From contig JAHJDG010000127.1 of the NCBI GenBank assembly GCA_018812265.1, positions 1 to 59,470 on the forward strand: a DNA stretch of 59,470 bases. The letters run 5' to 3'. Below are positions 56,032-59,470 of this stretch, piece after piece. A model generated the notes under the pieces. The model had not been told where the DNA came from. It saw only the letters and a list, made by a program, of their open reading frames with translations, and made no database searches. This DNA is from a bacterium. Lineage in GTDB: Bacteria; Electryoneota; RPQS01. The first letter of the stretch is position 1. Each line of letters starts with the position of its first letter. A program made the position numbers and the translations under genes.

Positions 56032-57330
56032 CTATTTCATCAGCACAATGGGGTAGGCTCGGCCCCCCCGACCATCATCCAAGATTGCATAATAAGTTCC
56101 GGTTGCCAATGGATTTACTCGATCTCGATCCCACTGCCACCCTACTTCTTGCCGGCCCGTTCCCACAGGTAGGCGTGCCACAATCTGTCCTATGCTGTTA
56201 TATATTAAGATGATAGATGGTTCTGTCAGGCTCGCAGAAAGCCGAAACCTCACGCTGCCATTCGACGGGTTTGGATAGGCCTCACGGATGGCACTTTCAC
56301 GGGCTACGAGGCGAGGTACAACTGGCTGAATCGGACTCTCACCGCCGTAAAGTACCATCTGTCCGGGTCCATCGGAAACCGGATAACGGTTAAAAAGAGC
56401 GCCCGCGTTACTCCGATGTTCGACCTCATCCGTCATCGCGCAAGACACGAAGAACGATCCGTCCGCCAATGCCTCAACGTCGGTGGCGCCACTGCCCACT
56501 CGAATCGGTGACGCCTGATCGTTCAGAACGGTAAGATCGTCGAGCCGATAGCGGTAGACCTCGCCGTGATCTCCCCAACCGCCCGCCGCCAGCAGCGCCT
56601 GCCCGCCGCCGAAACTGATGTTGCTGGGGGATCCTCCGACTTCCACCACCGCTTCCGTCTGCCGATTCCCCAAGTCCACGACGTGAATCTCCCCGCCCAC
56701 CGTTCCGTAGTTTCCCGTGCACACCACGTGCAGACGATCCCATTCGTCCACCGCCGCCGTCTGCGGATTCATTCCCACTCTAAGGCTGTCGAGTAGATGA
56801 AAATCGCCGCGATTATAGATCATCACCACGCCCGGCCCATACTGGCCAGACGGCAAATAGCGCGTGAGACAAACGTACACGCGATCCCCATGAGCGACGA
56901 TTCCCTGGGGAGCGACGCCTACGTAGACATTACCCACAACTTGCCCACTTGATAGTCGGATGAGCAAGACGTTATTCGAAATCCAGTTCGTAACCGCCAG
57001 CGTGTCAGAGTTGAGCGTCGCCGCCGAATGGGGATTCACTCCGCCGGTCGTGGGAATGTCCCGCAGCGTCACATCGGTTTCAGCGTCAATCTCTTGAACG
57101 GTATTGAGCAGGGAATTGGTGACGAACAGACGGCTGCCGTGCGCGATGATATCGTTGCAGCCGTATCCCAGATCGAGCACGTGCGGATTCACCGCGCCCG
57201 TTTCCAAGCGGATTTCGGCCAGGGATTCGTCTCCATATTGCACAACGTACAACCGATCCTGCCCGTCGGCCATCGAGACGATCAGCAGCAGGAAAAGAAG
57301 CGTCCGGTGCAGTCTGATCTCGCAAGTCAT
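56032..57330 (-). CDS. YncE/BtuG-like beta-propeller with T9SS type A CTD
   Basis: ATGA overlap with the TonB receptor stop; signal peptide without a lipobox; propeller repeats (GVAPQGI, GMNPQTA, GGSPSNI, GSGATDV); CTD AYPNPSN...IYNSIGQIV...LATGTYY...IVLMK. Confidence 0.78.
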   Translation of the reverse strand: MTCEIRLHRTLLFLLLIVSMADGQDRLYVVQYGDESLAEIRLETGAVNPHVLDLGYGCNDIIAHGSRLFVTNSLLNTVQEIDAETDVTLRDIPTTGGVNPHSAATLNSDTLAVTNWISNNVLLIRLSSGQVVGNVYVGVAPQGIVAHGDRVYVCLTRYLPSGQYGPGVVMIYNRGDFHLLDSLRVGMNPQTAAVDEWDRLHVVCTGNYGTVGGEIHVVDLGNRQTEAVVEVGGSPSNISFGGGQALLAAGGWGDHGEVYRYRLDDLTVLNDQASPIRVGSGATDVEALADGSFFVSCAMTDEVEHRSNAGALFNRYPVSDGPGQMVLYGGESPIQPVVPRLVARESAIREAYPNPSNGSVRFRLSASLTEPSIILIYNSIGQIVARLPVGTGRQEVGWQWDRDRVNPLATGTYYAILDDGRGGRAYPIVLMK

Positions 57331-59470
57331 GATACCGTCGCGCGAATACCGCCGTACCATTGCCGAAGCGGCATCGGTGCGTGCCGTACGATTCGATAAT
57401 TCGAGTCGAGCGCGTTCTCGCAGCCGACCGTGGATTGAAGCTCGACGGAACCGATTTGGAAAGTATAGGAACTCTGGAGGTCCATTACTTCGTACTTGCT
57501 GAGCCATTTCGAATTCGTTTCAAGGATCGGCCGCGCGGCTACCCAGCGATAGGTGGCGACGACGTGAATGCCTGTATGATCGAATACAAAGCCTGCGCGA
57601 TGAGTTCGCGGAGCACGGTAGGTGAGGTATTTGCCGCCCGTGTTGCGATCATCCGTGTCATCGCGCGCTTCCGTCCAGTTGACGCCCGTGTTCAGGCGAA
57701 ACCTGCCCTGCCAGAGACTCTGCTCAAAGAATAGGTCCAGCGTCTGAATGTGCGCTTGATGGAGATTGAATGGCTTCCAGTAGTTGTCGAAGGTTCGTCG
57801 CCAGACGATCAGGTCCCGCACGCGCTGTTCCGAAGCCGACGCCTCGCAACGGGTGACGTTGGACGTGGCGGTCTCAAACGTGAGCCGCCCCGTCCATTCA
57901 TCCGAGGTCTCCGCCTCAAGATCGGGATTCCCGCGCGTGGCCATGTCATCCAACCAGAACAGCGAATACAACGAGGGCGCGCGATACGATTTGCCCCGCG
58001 AAGCGAATCCGGCGATTCGGTAGGATGGGCGATATTCCGCCGTCAGTCCCACTCGCGGCAGAAGTACGCGATCTTCCCCGAACGTCTCCCATCGCAGACC
58101 GGACTCCAGCACCAGTGAAGAGAAGTTGCTTCTCGTCGCGAGCAATCGCACGTCGGTCTTGCACCAGAGCGCTCCGCTCGCTCGCTCCGCCGTTCCTCCG
58201 GCAATCTGAATACCCGCGAGGCGATCTTCTCCGGCGGAAGCGCCCCCTTGAACCCTCGTTCGCGGCAGTTCGACGAACGCGGAGAATTCGCCGCTCCAAC
58301 GCTGCGACCTCTCATCCGTCCTTAGCACACGGCCATAGCCGTCGTCGTTCGTGTACTCTCGCCGGCTTCGATCATACCCGCCGTTTCCCCGAATCGTTAC
58401 GGAAGAAAAATGACGCACAGCCCGCAACGCAATCGCTTCCTGCTGGCTGCTCTGCCGCGCGCGCGGTGTGAGTTGCGGCGCAAGATAGCCGGGCATGCCG
58501 CGGGCCTGCCGATCGGCCAGACCGGTGAGCTCGACGGATCCGGCCGCACTCGATCCTGTTTGTGCCTTGATTAGGAGCTGATCGCGCGTAACGTCATTGT
58601 TAACTCGATGACAGGTCTGGCCAAGATCGGGCGTAAACGATCCCGTGCCGTCATCCTCCGATATCCGGTACTCGAAATCACCGGGGCCGTTCGTGCGAGC
58701 AAAACTCAGCAAACTCGCGAGTGGGCCGGTTTGACCGGAACCGAAAAAACTCGTCCGCCCGTACGTGGAGTGCATTTCCGCCTCGGCAGAATAGGTGGCA
58801 GTGTTTTGCGGACGCCGAGTCGTGACGTCAATTACACCCCCGATAGCCTCACCGCCGAGTTCGGTCTGACCGCCCCGATAAACCGCCACGTTCTCCACCC
58901 ACTCCAGAGGAACCGACGACAGATCCGCCTCGCCGCTCCCCGCATTTTGAATTCGCCTTCCATCCACTCGCACCAGAACCTGTCCCGGCTGCGATCCGCC
59001 GATACTCGCGGTCACCGGCGATCCGAGAGTCCCGTCGCTCCGCACATCGAGGCCAACCTCCGAATGCAGAAAACCCGCCAAGTCGCGCGCGGAGCTTGTC
59101 TCAATATCACGACGATGAAAGATTCTTGTCGGCGCGGACAATGACAGTCCTTCGACAGTTACCTCGGGTAGTACTGCGGCTAAACGATGGAGTGTCAACA
59201 ACAATTGCAGTTGCTCACCGCTCGCAAGATCGAACGTTGTGTCACGTGAAACACACCGATTCGCCGACACTTCGAGACGATACCTGCCGCACGTCAGTCC
59301 GTCAAACGAGACGCAACCGCCCGCATCCAACGACTGAGCAATGCCTACCGGCCACAACACGGCCGTTCCGCCGGGAGGGACCGCTTGCCGATCACTCGTG
59401 ACGCGAACGAATACCGCGCCGCCCGTCTGTGCCACCGACGACGCCACGAGCAGAAACACCCATAGAAACG
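57327..59470 (-). CDS. TonB-dependent receptor, BtuB (cobalamin)-like; 5' end outside the window
   Basis: Frame open to the edge (..FLWVFLLVASSVAQ). Ig-like N domain, LPEVTV TonB box, plug ASIGGSQPGQVLVRVDG...DLSSVPLEWVENVAVYRGG..GEAIGGVIDVTT, RGNPDLEAETS, C-terminal ENALD..Y...PMPLR. Confidence 0.85.
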   Translation of the reverse strand, partial: FLWVFLLVASSVAQTGGAVFVRVTSDRQAVPPGGTAVLWPVGIAQSLDAGGCVSFDGLTCGRYRLEVSANRCVSRDTTFDLASGEQLQLLLTLHRLAAVLPEVTVEGLSLSAPTRIFHRRDIETSSARDLAGFLHSEVGLDVRSDGTLGSPVTASIGGSQPGQVLVRVDGRRIQNAGSGEADLSSVPLEWVENVAVYRGGQTELGGEAIGGVIDVTTRRPQNTATYSAEAEMHSTYGRTSFFGSGQTGPLASLLSFARTNGPGDFEYRISEDDGTGSFTPDLGQTCHRVNNDVTRDQLLIKAQTGSSAAGSVELTGLADRQARGMPGYLAPQLTPRARQSSQQEAIALRAVRHFSSVTIRGNGGYDRSRREYTNDDGYGRVLRTDERSQRWSGEFSAFVELPRTRVQGGASAGEDRLAGIQIAGGTAERASGALWCKTDVRLLATRSNFSSLVLESGLRWETFGEDRVLLPRVGLTAEYRPSYRIAGFASRGKSYRAPSLYSLFWLDDMATRGNPDLEAETSDEWTGRLTFETATSNVTRCEASASEQRVRDLIVWRRTFDNYWKPFNLHQAHIQTLDLFFEQSLWQGRFRLNTGVNWTEARDDTDDRNTGGKYLTYRAPRTHRAGFVFDHTGIHVVATYRWVAARPILETNSKWLSKYEVMDLQSSYTFQIGSVELQSTVGCENALDSNYRIVRHAPMPLRQWYGGIRATVS
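59238..59253. other. parS centromere-like site inside the TonB receptor gene
   Basis: TGTGTCACGTGAAACA, a 15/16 match to the parS palindrome TGTTTCACGTGAAACA. Confidence 0.7.

Noticed and set aside
56032-56230. Lower-GC CTD-coding segment suggesting recent module acquisition
   Set aside because: About 52% GC over 180 nt by hand count; too small a deviation to support
1-59470. CRISPR arrays, IS elements, prophage, rRNA or tRNA genes
   Set aside because: No spaced repeats, transposase/integrase ORFs or structural RNA signatures; intergenic gaps are nearly all too short

Overview
Gene-dense, GC-rich bacterial chromosome segment with 46 CDSs. 45 are on the minus strand; only rpsT is on plus. 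The first and last genes are cut by the window edges. I saw no rRNA, tRNA, CRISPR array or mobile element. Most genes are housekeeping: smc, scpA/scpB, gatA/gatB, purS/Q/C/B, psd/pssA, sucCD, ndk, arcC, truA, rnhB, comEC, guaB, mtaB, rpsA, cmk, trpS. Canonical TTGACA-N17-TATATT promoters and Shine-Dalgarno sites, together with PorU/PorV and T9SS-type C-terminal domains, suggest an FCB-superphylum organism outside Bacteroidota (inference). Highlights: (1) a promoter-led porU-porV operon whose third gene, missing from the ORF track, is an M6-like pseudo-protease with FG-GAP-like repeats and a sorting CTD; (2) a BtuB-like receptor coupled to a BtuG-like propeller with a T9SS CTD and no lipobox; (3) strong enrichment of Bacteroidota-type D-(S/T)-(A/I/L/V/M/T) O-glycosylation sequons in exported proteins; (4) a membrane-anchored GH2 lacking both catalytic glutamates, and a PurC lacking many substrate-binding residues; (5) an unknown 567-aa atypical Rossmann protein coupled to scpAB; (6) a 15/16 parS palindrome inside the btuB-like gene. 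All motif calls were made by eye and no database search was run.
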